The translations under genes were made by a program, and so were the position numbers. This document shows positions 18,746 through 26,682 of a DNA stretch of 64,000 nucleotides, one piece after another. This stretch comes from Rhodothermales bacterium (lineage in GTDB: Bacteria > Bacteroidota > Rhodothermia > Rhodothermales > VXPQ01): assembly GCA_965232485.1 (NCBI GenBank), contig OZ246975.1, positions 1,067,246 to 1,131,245 on the forward strand. The letters run 5' to 3'. Every line of letters starts with the position of its first letter. Position 1 is the first letter of the stretch. The notes under the pieces were generated by a model that worked only from the letters and a program-made list of their open reading frames with translations, did not search any database and was not told where the DNA came from.

Positions 18746-18813
18746 CCCTGATCGGCGTATGAAGAATACGACATCGAAGGTTGTACTTCAAGCAACCGGG
18801 CGCCGATGCGCGC

Positions 18814-19869
18814 TCACCCCTCCCCGAACGCCCCGCTATCGATCAACTGTCGAAAGAATTCCGTCATCGACTCTTTCAGGGGGCGATATGCGACGCCGAG
18901 GGCCTCTTTGCTTTTGGAATTGTCGGCTATCCAGGGGCGCCCGATGTTTCGGAACGCCACTTTACGCGTCATGCCAACCCTGGGCGCGACAAGCCAGACC
19001 AGCAATGCGGGCACGGTTTTTCGCGGAATCGGATAGTCCTCTCCATACTTGTCGATCAGCGTTCGGGCCAGCGCAGGGAAGGACGTATTGTGGCCCGATA
19101 CGATGTGGCGGCCTTCCGCGTCCGGCAGCCAGGCGGCGGCAAGATGGGCCTGCGCCACATCGCGCACATCGACCGCGCCGATACGCAAATCCGGAACGCC
19201 CGCTTTCATCGCACCGTTTCCGAATTGACGGATCAGATCGAAACTCGCGGAGGTGGCGTGGGGATTGATCCCCGGACCAAGCACCAGCGAGGGGTTGACG
19301 ACGACCAGTCTCCACCGGTCTTGCGCCCCGGCGATTTTCCAGGCCTCTTTTTCGGCGACCGTTTTCGAGAAGGAATACGGCTGATGCTCCAGACTGGACG
19401 TGGTGTTCCACATCTCTTCCGTGAACGCCCCGTCCGGCGCTTTTTTCAGGTCGATATTGTCGCCGTAGATTGCAACGCAACTGCTGGTAAACACCACGCG
19501 ACATACGCTGGGCGTGCGGTTAACCTCTTCCAGTACGTTGCGGGCGCCGAGCAGCGCCGGATCGATCAGTTCCTTTTGCGGATCCGTAACCTGTATCCGA
19601 AAAGGAGAAGCCGTATGAAAAACGATCGAACAACCGACCATGGCGTCCGCGTAGGACCCCTCGTCAAGCAGATCCGCCTTGAAATACCGGATCGAACCCG
19701 GCGCGTTTTCTGCAAGTTCGTTCAGGTGGCGCAATTTGTCCGCATTGTCCGGATCCCGAACCGGCGCATGCACGGTCACGCCCGCTTCGAGAAGGTTTTT
19801 GACAATCCAGCCAGCCACATAGCCCGTGGCGCCGGTGACCATAACCGGGCAAGATGTGTCGATTTTCAT
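18814..19869 (-). CDS. Extended SDR, NAD(P)-dependent epimerase/dehydratase family (aldehyde/cinnamoyl-CoA/dihydroflavonol reductase-like)
   Basis: VMVTGATGYVAGWIVKNLLEAGVTVHAPVRDP.., ..IVFHTASPF.., ..VVFTSSCVAIYG.., Y-x3-K in PYSFSKTVAEK. Confidence 0.85.
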   Translation of the reverse strand: MKIDTSCPVMVTGATGYVAGWIVKNLLEAGVTVHAPVRDPDNADKLRHLNELAENAPGSIRYFKADLLDEGSYADAMVGCSIVFHTASPFRIQVTDPQKELIDPALLGARNVLEEVNRTPSVCRVVFTSSCVAIYGDNIDLKKAPDGAFTEEMWNTTSSLEHQPYSFSKTVAEKEAWKIAGAQDRWRLVVVNPSLVLGPGINPHATSASFDLIRQFGNGAMKAGVPDLRIGAVDVRDVAQAHLAAAWLPDAEGRHIVSGHNTSFPALARTLIDKYGEDYPIPRKTVPALLVWLVAPRVGMTRKVAFRNIGRPWIADNSKSKEALGVAYRPLKESMTEFFRQLIDSGAFGEG

Positions 19870-19963
19870 GGGTTTCGGAAATAGAATCGCAGATACAGGG
19901 GATCCGGGCGGAAGATAATGCAGAATCGCGAAAAGAACCCGACGCTATAGAAATTCATGTTTC

Positions 19964-20133
19964 AGGACACGCTGGTCAAAACCGCTGCGCTCAGCGCTTC
20001 GCTTGCGCGCGTAGCGGACATCGCCATACCATCATTGAAATCAGCGGAAAACACTGCGGATTCGGGGCCTGGCGGACGCGACGCGCCCTTCGGGAGGCTG
20101 CAAGGGGCGCGCGCTGGCCGCGTATGTCATTTT
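19964..20133 (+). repeat. Copy A of a MITE-like repeat family (degenerate), in the hsp20 upstream region
   Basis: Aligns along its length to 20818..20936 and to the reverse complement of 40120..40377. Shared terminal motif GGACACGCTGGTCAAAA, and core AAACACTGCGGATTCGGGGCCTGGCGGACGCGACGCGCCCTTCGGGAGGCTG (20048..20100). A possible degenerate distal terminus lies near 20160..20178. Confidence 0.6.
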
Positions 20134-20218
20134 GTCATATTTCCTGGATCGGCACAGGATTTGATCAACAGGCGAGCAACATCCTTGCAATCCATCGCTA
20201 ACCTTTGGAGGTTACCCC

Positions 20219-20683
20219 ATGACTAACCTGGTTCGTTTTTCGCCGATCAACCGGCTGCACGACATCGACCGGCTCTTTCACAACTTTTTCCCCGCGAGAA
20301 GCTTCGACAATCTCTGCGCCGACCCCGACTGCTGCCTCCCGAACGAGGATGCAACGAGTTGGTCCCCGCGCGTGGACATTGCGGAATCCGAGACGGGATA
20401 CGCGCTTCATGCGGACGCGCCCGGCATGACCCGGGAGGCCTTCGACATCCACTGGCAGGAGAATGTGCTGACCGTGCGCGGCGAACGGGAAATTTCCGCC
20501 CTCGGCGAGCACGAAACGTCGGTGCGCGCCGATCGGGTCCGCGGCAAGTTCGGGTTCTCGTACCGCCTGCCGAAAGCGACCAGCGACGGGAGCCGCATCG
20601 AGGCTTCCTACAAGGATGGCGTGCTGACCATCCGCATTCCGAAGGAAGAGGCCAAGCGTCCGCACCGCATCGCGGTATCGTAA
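20219..20683 (+). CDS. Small heat-shock protein, Hsp20/alpha-crystallin family
   Basis: WSPRVDIAESETGYALHADAPGMTREAFDIHWQENVLTVRGER..GKFGFSYRLP..IEASYKDGVLTIRIPK. GGAGG lies 8 nt upstream of the ATG. Confidence 0.95.
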   Translation: MTNLVRFSPINRLHDIDRLFHNFFPARSFDNLCADPDCCLPNEDATSWSPRVDIAESETGYALHADAPGMTREAFDIHWQENVLTVRGEREISALGEHETSVRADRVRGKFGFSYRLPKATSDGSRIEASYKDGVLTIRIPKEEAKRPHRIAVS

Positions 20684-20730
20684 CGCGGATCGCGCACAAT
20701 CGACCGGCCCAGGTCGGCCAAAACCATGCA

Positions 20731-20763
20731 GAAGCCCGCGCGGGACGGTCCCGCGCGGGCTTC
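20731..20763 (+). terminator. Intrinsic-terminator-like hairpin downstream of hsp20
   Basis: Perfect 14-bp stem GAAGCCCGCGCGGG / CCCGCGCGGGCTTC with loop ACGGT, followed by TTGCGTG (short T tract). Confidence 0.65.
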
Positions 20764-20817
20764 TTGCGTGCACGCAGCCGGACGCCTGCATGAAAAGGAA
20801 ACGACCCGTTCGGCTTA

Positions 20818-20936
20818 AGGGACGCTCTGATCAAAATCGCTTCGCTCAGGGCGTCGCGCTTGCATCGTTTAGATCAAACGAAAAACACAGCGGCTTCGGG
20901 TCATGGCGTACGCGGCGCGCCCTTCGGGAGCCTGAT
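20818..20936 (+). repeat. Copy B of the MITE-like repeat family (shorter, more diverged), downstream of hsp20
   Basis: Terminal motif GGGACGCTCTGATCAAAA and core AAACACAGCGGCTTCGGGTCATGGCGTACGCGGCGCGCCCTTCGGGAGCCTG. Same orientation as copy A. Confidence 0.5.
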
Positions 20937-20975
20937 AGGAGCATTGAACGTACGCGAACGATGCGCCCGGCAACG

Positions 20976-21887
20976 CTACCGATCCGGATTGGGCAGCACC
21001 CGAAACCGTATCGAAGCGCTGGCGAAACTGCCGAACAGACCGCGCCCCCCTTCCACATGATCAAGCACATTGGGGATATCGCCCGGCGATAACGTCGAGC
21101 CGCCCTGCCCCCCCTGCTGCACCGAATTCGAACGCACGAAATCGAACACATTGTCGTCGATCGCCTGAATGCGCATCTCGTTGAGTCCATAAAAATTCAG
21201 TCCGATCCAGGGATACCGGATGCGCATCCCCCCGCTTGGCGTCCGGTCGAAATTCTCGCCGTTCAGCGGCGGAGACACATTCTCCTGGAGCGTGAACAGG
21301 TCGTCGCCAAGCCCATCGGCGAACGGGGTCAAATTCGTCGAATCGGCTTCGAGCGCAACGGTAGTAATCAGGAAAATACTCTGGCGACCGGGATAAAAGG
21401 GCTCCGTAATTTCGAACAGGGGCGCTTCGCCCGCATCGTATACGAACGTTCGTTCTTGCGTATCCGTAAAACGGAAGAGGGCGGGCACGGTCGTTTCCGA
21501 CGTAATGGTCCCGGTTCCGGGTACGTTTACCACAAGGCGGTACGTGCGGAGGGGCAGCGCATCCACCGCCTCCCGCAGGCGATATCGTCCCGAGGAGGCG
21601 TCGGGAGCAAACAATTCCCAGGACGCCTCCACGCCGCTTCCCTCGTTCTCAAGCAACTCAATGCGCGCCTCCGCGCCCGACACGCCCTGCATGGCGGGAT
21701 CGTAGGTCTGGTTGACCGGCAATGTCCGGCTCACAGTGACATAGCCGATCGGTTGTCCGGCTTCGAGATAGCCTTCCACCACGATCTCTTCCGCGAACTC
21801 GGGCGGACCGGCCGCATCGCAACCGGACCATAGCCCGGCCAGGACGGCCGCCCCAAGAACCGATATCCATGCAAAGGTCGAGCGCAT
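20976..21887 (-). CDS. DUF4249-family lipoprotein (usual partner of TonB-dependent receptors in Bacteroidota)
   Basis: The ATG at 21887, 1 nt after the receptor stop, gives MRSTFAWISVLGAAVLAGLWSGC (lipobox). C-terminal ..NVLDHVEGGRGLFGSFASASIRFRV is typical of DUF4249. The longer track ORF is an artefactual 5' extension into the receptor gene. Confidence 0.75.
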   Translation of the reverse strand: MRSTFAWISVLGAAVLAGLWSGCDAAGPPEFAEEIVVEGYLEAGQPIGYVTVSRTLPVNQTYDPAMQGVSGAEARIELLENEGSGVEASWELFAPDASSGRYRLREAVDALPLRTYRLVVNVPGTGTITSETTVPALFRFTDTQERTFVYDAGEAPLFEITEPFYPGRQSIFLITTVALEADSTNLTPFADGLGDDLFTLQENVSPPLNGENFDRTPSGGMRIRYPWIGLNFYGLNEMRIQAIDDNVFDFVRSNSVQQGGQGGSTLSPGDIPNVLDHVEGGRGLFGSFASASIRFRVLPNPDR

Positions 21888-21888
21888 T

Positions 21889-24177
21889 TCAGAAATCGAA
21901 GGTGAGCGAGAGGTTGGGTATCGGCACGGGAATCTGCGGGATTTCGTTCCGCTCGATATCCGCCGCATCCGTAAAGTCGAAGAAATAAAACCAGATATTG
22001 CGGCGGCTGTATGCGTTGAGCGCCTGCACTTGCAATTCGCAATCCGCGCCGAACAGTCTGGTGAGCCACGATACGCCTGCATCCAGGCGATGATAAGCAG
22101 GCAGACGGCGGTTGTTGTATTTCGTGACCAGCACGTTGGACCAGTCCGAATCGAACGGCGAATGCACAAGGCGGTATTGCGCAAGCGGTTCGGTGTAGGC
22201 CTGCCCGGTCGCATACGTCCAGACGGCGCTGGCCCGAAAGGCGCGCGATATTTCAACGTTGAGCACAACCTTCACGTCCAGCGTCCGATCATATTTGGGC
22301 GGATAGAACCTGAAATCGTTGACCTGCGGAAACCGGCGACGGGTACGGCTCAGCGTACTGGCCACGAAACCGTTTGCGCGCCCTTGCGGGCGTTGCACAA
22401 TCATTTCGAGGCCATAGGCGTCGCCCTCCCCGAAACGAAACAATTCGGCGTAGTCCAGCCCCGCCACATCCGACACGAAAGGATCCCATTCGAAGAGATT
22501 CTGCATCGTGCGGTAATACGCCTCCACATCCAGGTTGAACCCAAGCGAAGAAATATGCTTCGCGCCGATGACAGCCTGGTTGCCGTACGAAGGACGCACC
22601 CCGTCTCCCGTGGCCAGCCAAGTGTCGAACCCCGAAAAAATCTCGCTGGTTATGAGGGTAAGAAACTGGTAGTGCCGTCCGTAGGCGGCCTGAAGGCGCA
22701 ACGCGGGCGTGGGTTCGTATTCGAACGACAAACGGGGCGCCGCCCGAAAAAATCCGCCTTCTTCGAAATAATTCCCCCGAACGCCGCCTTCGATGACAAC
22801 GCGGGGCGATGGACGCCAGCGGGCCTGGGCGTACGCCGAAGAATACACGCTTCGGGTCAGCCAGTCGATCGCGGTTTCCTCATTGAAATCCGTACGAAAA
22901 CGCAAGGTCAAAAAGCCCGTCCAGAAACCGGCTTGCGCAGAAATATTCCCCCTCGGAATGTATTCGAAATCGCCCTTGACGGAAAGGTCGCCCACCGTGT
23001 TGCGGTTCTCGATGGGCGTAGCCGCCAGTTCGATCACCGGCTTGCTGAAATAACTTGATCCGGTGAACGTAAAATTGGAAAAGAGTTTTTGCGAAAAAAG
23101 ATGGGTCCAGTTCACGCTCAATGTTCTGTTCCCGTACCGGATATTGGCGTGCGCGTCGTCTACGATTTCGATATCGAGGACATCCTGCCCGGCGTAAAAC
23201 GCAAGCGAAATGAAATCCCTGTTCGACAAGTCGAAGTTGAATTTCCCGTTCATGTCCACGAAGTAGAAGGCGTCCGGAATGCCCTCGACGTCGGCCTTGC
23301 GCATAACATACAAGATGGGTTCGAGGGTTGATCGCCGCATGGCCAGCATATAGGAACCGCGCCGCCACGGCCCCTCGACGATCGCCCGCGACGAAAGCAA
23401 GCCGAGGCCGAGGCCTGCGTCGAATTCGCGGCGGTTTCCGTCCCGGTTGTAGATATCGAGCACCGATCCCAAACGCCCGCCGTACTCGGCGGGAAATCCG
23501 CCCTTGTAGAGCCGCACGTCCTTGATGGCGTCCGGATTGAACGTTGAAAAAACGCCGAAAAAATGGGACGGGCTGTAGATGGTCGTGCGGTCGAGCAAAA
23601 TAAGCGTCTGGTCCGGCCCGCCGCCCCGGATATAGAGACCGCTCGAATAATCCGAGGACGCTTTCACGCCGGGCAACAGTTGCAGGGACCGGAATACGTC
23701 CGGCTGCAAGAGGGCCGGAAGCGACTTGACCAGCTGCGTCTGGAGTTGCTGCACGCCGATCTTGCGCGCTTCGTACAATTCCTCCCCCTCTCCGGTGACG
23801 GTGATTTCCTCGATGCCCTGCTCTTCCGGAAACAGTTCGATGTCCAGCCGCCGCTGCTCGCCGGGGACCAGTTCGAGTTCCATCCGCTCCGTGCGATACC
23901 CGATATAGGACGCCGCAAGCGTCAGGGCGCCCGGCGGAATGTTCGTTATCGCGTAGTACCCCGAATTGTTGGAGGCCGCCCCGATCAAGGCGCCCTCCAC
24001 GCGCACATTCGCCAGCAGCAGGGTTTCCCCGGAGGTAGCGTCGCGGACATAGCCGCTGACAGAGGCGCTTTGCTGGGCGGCGTCCTGGGCGAACGCTGCT
24101 CCTGCGATCGCTGCGGACAAGACGAGCGGCAGGAAACGGTGCGAAACACGCATGGGAAAGGAGCGCCGGAGCGGCAT
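21889..24177 (-). CDS. TonB-dependent receptor with N-terminal carboxypeptidase-regulatory-like domain
   Basis: Signal peptide, then SVSGYVRDATSGETLLLANVRVEGALIGAASNNSGYYAITNIPPGALTLAASYIGY, a plug (..VFRSLQLLPGV..GLYIRGGGPDQTLILLD), and a barrel ending in aromatic ..NLSLTFDF. Alternative start at 24153. Confidence 0.9.
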   Translation of the reverse strand: MPLRRSFPMRVSHRFLPLVLSAAIAGAAFAQDAAQQSASVSGYVRDATSGETLLLANVRVEGALIGAASNNSGYYAITNIPPGALTLAASYIGYRTERMELELVPGEQRRLDIELFPEEQGIEEITVTGEGEELYEARKIGVQQLQTQLVKSLPALLQPDVFRSLQLLPGVKASSDYSSGLYIRGGGPDQTLILLDRTTIYSPSHFFGVFSTFNPDAIKDVRLYKGGFPAEYGGRLGSVLDIYNRDGNRREFDAGLGLGLLSSRAIVEGPWRRGSYMLAMRRSTLEPILYVMRKADVEGIPDAFYFVDMNGKFNFDLSNRDFISLAFYAGQDVLDIEIVDDAHANIRYGNRTLSVNWTHLFSQKLFSNFTFTGSSYFSKPVIELAATPIENRNTVGDLSVKGDFEYIPRGNISAQAGFWTGFLTLRFRTDFNEETAIDWLTRSVYSSAYAQARWRPSPRVVIEGGVRGNYFEEGGFFRAAPRLSFEYEPTPALRLQAAYGRHYQFLTLITSEIFSGFDTWLATGDGVRPSYGNQAVIGAKHISSLGFNLDVEAYYRTMQNLFEWDPFVSDVAGLDYAELFRFGEGDAYGLEMIVQRPQGRANGFVASTLSRTRRRFPQVNDFRFYPPKYDRTLDVKVVLNVEISRAFRASAVWTYATGQAYTEPLAQYRLVHSPFDSDWSNVLVTKYNNRRLPAYHRLDAGVSWLTRLFGADCELQVQALNAYSRRNIWFYFFDFTDAADIERNEIPQIPVPIPNLSLTFDF

Positions 24178-24280
24178 GGCAGGAAAATCGCAGACCTTCT
24201 GTTTTCGTCCGGCGGCGGGAAAGGTTCCGGGGGAGGGATGACGGTTAACTGGACACCCTCCGCAAATACGGCGATTCCCC

Positions 24281-24601
24281 CTCTTCCCTCGCTTACTGTC
24301 TCACAGGCGCGTCGGTAAACCTCTTCCTGCTTGACGCTGAGCCAGAAGCGCTCCACGCACACATTGTCCATCCAACAGTCCTCGCCGTCCATGGAGATAC
24401 ATACATCGTGCGCCTTTAATATCTCTTTTTGAGTAAAATTATTCAAAAAAGGAACATTGGGCCCGGCGAGCTCTGCCAATGCGCTGTCGCCGTGCACAGC
24501 GGCGAGGGCTACCTTCGCCCAGGGCGAAGGGCTGTGAGTTCTGCGGATGCGTCTTGGCAGGGGTGTCGGCGGGTTAATTGGCTGGAAACAAGGCCACAAC
24601 A
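24281..24601 (-). mobile_element. Internally deleted remnant of an IS3-family element related to (not identical with) the copy at 25081
   Basis: The outer end TGTTGTGGCCTTGTTTCCAGCCAATTAACC (reverse complement ending at 24601) matches the left end of the full IS. The translation joins an OrfA-like N-terminus (RRIRRTHSPSPWAKVALAAVHGDSALAELA) directly to an OrfB-like C-terminus ([52 protein letters not shown]). Similarity stops near 24281. Confidence 0.7.
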
Positions 24602-24715
24602 ATTTTGTTTCTTTTAACTACCTGTAATATAAAAAATTAAAATGAAAAAATCAAGGGCTAGGGTGGATTTTTCGAGAGCAAATCGGGGGTCGGGAACTTT
24701 TGTTAGGGATTGGCG

Positions 24716-25048
24716 ATGGAAAAGTGGCTTGCCCCTTTGGTTCGATGGATCGGGGACCGGGCTTCGCAGAACATCCATACAAACTCCGAAAATGAAATGG
24801 TGGAAGTAGACACAGGAAACGAAGAAAACACAAGGAACGATAATAATTGGAAATGGATTATTCCCATTATCACCAGCTTAGGTCCTGATCTTATTAAAGC
24901 CCTTGGAGAAGGATATAATAAGGGGAGAGAAACCAGAAAAGCGAAAGCAGAAACAGAAAAAGCGAAAGCAGAAACAGAAAAAGCGAAAATGGAATTGGAA
25001 ATTGAGAAACTGAAAGCGGAATTGGCCAATAGAGGTGGTTCGGTTTGA
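24716..25048 (+). CDS. Hypothetical 110-aa protein, coiled-coil/low-complexity C-terminus
   Basis: AT-rich ORF with AGGGA 6 nt upstream of the ATG. One hydrophobic stretch (WKWIIPIITSLGPDLI) and a tandem EKAKAET repeat. No family recognised. Confidence 0.35.
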   Translation: MEKWLAPLVRWIGDRASQNIHTNSENEMVEVDTGNEENTRNDNNWKWIIPIITSLGPDLIKALGEGYNKGRETRKAKAETEKAKAETEKAKMELEIEKLKAELANRGGSV

Positions 25049-25121
25049 TTGGACAGATTTCGCGGGAATTTAAGGTGTACTGTTGCGACCTTGTTCCAAC
25101 GCAATCAACCAGACAAGACCC

Positions 25122-25412
25122 ATGTCCAGACGCACACGCAGAACCCATAGTCCTTCGTTCAAGGCGAAGGTAGCCCTTGCCGCCATGCGCGGCGAGAGCA
25201 CGCTGGCCGAACTCGCCGAACGCTTCGAGGTGCACCCGAACCAGATACAGTCGTGGAAGAAGCAACTTGCGGAGAGCGCCGAGGAGGCGTTCGTCCGAAG
25301 CCGCAACGTTCCCGACGAACGCGACAGGAAGATCGAGGCGCTCCACGCGAAGATCGGGGAGCTATCCATGGAGAAGGATTTTTTATCGAAGGCGCTCGGT
25401 CGCGGCCTGTAG
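25122..25412 (+). CDS. IS3-family transposase OrfA (HTH)
   Basis: [49 protein letters not shown].. followed by a leucine-zipper-like tail. Confidence 0.85.
   Translation: MSRRTRRTHSPSFKAKVALAAMRGESTLAELAERFEVHPNQIQSWKKQLAESAEEAFVRSRNVPDERDRKIEALHAKIGELSMEKDFLSKALGRGL
25379..25385 (+). promoter_or_regulatory. Programmed -1 ribosomal frameshift heptamer T TTT TTA
   Basis: In the orfA frame the sequence reads ga[T TTT TTA] tcg. A shift of -1 enters the orfB frame exactly here (..[19 protein letters not shown]..). Confidence 0.7.
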
Positions 25413-26326
25413 CCGAGCGCAAGGCGCGGATCAATCGTTCGCACTGCTTGCCTGTCGTTCGGCAATGCGCGCTTCTGGCGCTGAGCCGCTCCACGGCGTA
25501 CTACCGCCCTCGCGGAGAGCGCGAGGAGAACCTGTTTCTTATGAAGGAGATAGACCGCATCTATATGGAGCGTCCCACGAGCGGCTCGCGCACCATAAAG
25601 AGCCTGCTCGAGGCGAAGGGGCATACGGCGGCGCGCAGCCGCGTCGCACGCCTCATGCGCCTTATGGGCCTGAGGGCCATCTACCCGAAGCGGCGCACGT
25701 CCTCTCCCGGGACAGGACACAAGATATACCCCTACCTGCTCAAAACCATGACGATCGACAAACCCGGCCAGGTCTATGCGGCGGACATTACGTTCATCCC
25801 TATGGCGAAAGGCTTTCTGTATCTCGCAGCCGTAATCGACTGGCATAGCCGCAAGGCGCTCGCCCACCGCATCTCGAACACGATGGACGCAGGTTTCTGC
25901 GTCGAAGCGGCAGAGGAAGCCATTGTCCGCTACGGCGCCCCGGATATCTTCAACACGGACCAGGGGGCGCAGTTCACCTCCGAGGCGTTCACCGGCGCGC
26001 TGAAGGCGCACGGGGTGCGTATCTCCATGGACGGCAAGGGCCGCTGGCTGGACAACGTGTACGTGGAGCGCTTCTGGCGCAGCCTGAAGCAGGAAGAAGT
26101 CTACCGGCGCGCCTGCGACTCCGTAAGCGAGGCCAGAAAGAGCGTCGCCGACTACATCCGCTACATCAACGAAGAACACCCGCATCAGGGCCTTGACAAT
26201 ATGACGACGACGTACGTATACTACAGACGAAAGCCGCTGCCGAAGGCAAAGGTGGTTCGGGTTGATTGGATAACTCTTGTACTGGCGCAGAGCGCAATAG
26301 TTGAGACAATGAAGGGGTTACGATAG
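25379..26326 (+). CDS. IS3-family transposase OrfB (DDE/rve integrase core), expressed as OrfAB fusion
   Basis: ..[35 protein letters not shown].., ..[17 protein letters not shown].., ..[27 protein letters not shown].. (D, D and E context). The last ~25 codons probably read across the IS end. Confidence 0.85.
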   Translation, partial: FFIEGARSRPVAERKARINRSHCLPVVRQCALLALSRSTAYYRPRGEREENLFLMKEIDRIYMERPTSGSRTIKSLLEAKGHTAARSRVARLMRLMGLRAIYPKRRTSSPGTGHKIYPYLLKTMTIDKPGQVYAADITFIPMAKGFLYLAAVIDWHSRKALAHRISNTMDAGFCVEAAEEAIVRYGAPDIFNTDQGAQFTSEAFTGALKAHGVRISMDGKGRWLDNVYVERFWRSLKQEEVYRRACDSVSEARKSVADYIRYINEEHPHQGLDNMTTTYVYYRRKPLPKAKVVRVDWITLVLAQSAIVETMKGLR

Positions 26327-26347
26327 CTTTCTGTGGTCCGTTCATGA

Positions 26348-26629
26348 AGAGGCAGGAAATTCTTTGGAATACCCTGCGCCATTCAGCTTGCCCAAGATTT
26401 CGATGGCCCTGGGCGATGGCCTTTCGATTACCTGCAAGGGGGAAAGGTGGAACGCTTGAAATCCGAGATCAAGGAACTGGAGAGTCTGAATCAAACCGTT
26501 GATAGATACTATACCCAGCGGTGCGATGCGGGGAGTGATCTGACCATGGCCTTAAGAGCGATGAAAACCATTGGCGCTATCAAGTCGCCAGCCGAACATC
26601 CGGAGGCGCAAGCAGAGCAATCTGCCTGA
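26348..26629 (+). CDS. Hypothetical ORF without convincing start; possibly 3' part of a gene disrupted by the IS
   Basis: The track gives a GTG at 26447 (60 aa). The frame is open from 26348, just right of the IS, with no in-frame ATG. No family recognised. Confidence 0.3.
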   Translation, partial: RGRKFFGIPCAIQLAQDFDGPGRWPFDYLQGGKVERLKSEIKELESLNQTVDRYYTQRCDAGSDLTMALRAMKTIGAIKSPAEHPEAQAEQSA

Positions 26630-26682
26630 TTTCCCCCTTGGTGGAAAACGAAACCCTAAACCCTGAATCCGCGAGGAAAACC

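Larger units (their letters stand above)
25081..26289 (+). mobile_element. IS3-family insertion sequence (orfA/orfB with -1 frameshift); right boundary uncertain
   Basis: The left end TGTTGCGACCTTGTTCCAACGCAATCAACC starts with TG and is shared with the remnant at 24601. Two overlapping transposase frames. Right end proposed at ..GGTTGATTGGATAACTCTTGTACTGGCGCA (ends CA), but only the inner 9-mer and the terminal dinucleotide mirror the left end. Confidence 0.75.

Noticed and set aside
20085-20120. A CTTCGG (UUCG-type) tetraloop and GCGCCC/GGGCGC pairing inside repeat copy A, considered as a conserved structured RNA.
   Set aside because: The distal pairing partner is not conserved in copies B and C and the local stem around TTCG is only 2 bp. 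With three copies, covariation cannot be assessed.
24178-24290. GGGAAGAGGGGGAATCGCC on the minus strand upstream of the TonB-dependent receptor, superficially like the start of a cobalamin riboswitch.
   Set aside because: No B12-box (GCCACTG-like) and no convincing paired regions could be found. Part of the stretch is IS-remnant-adjacent sequence.
23985-24602. 205-aa ORF spanning the IS remnant and the TonB-receptor 5' region.
   Set aside because: It is a chimera: an IS3 OrfA-like N-terminus joined to an OrfB-like fragment that then reads through non-homologous DNA antisense to the receptor start. It is treated as a mobile-element remnant, not a gene.
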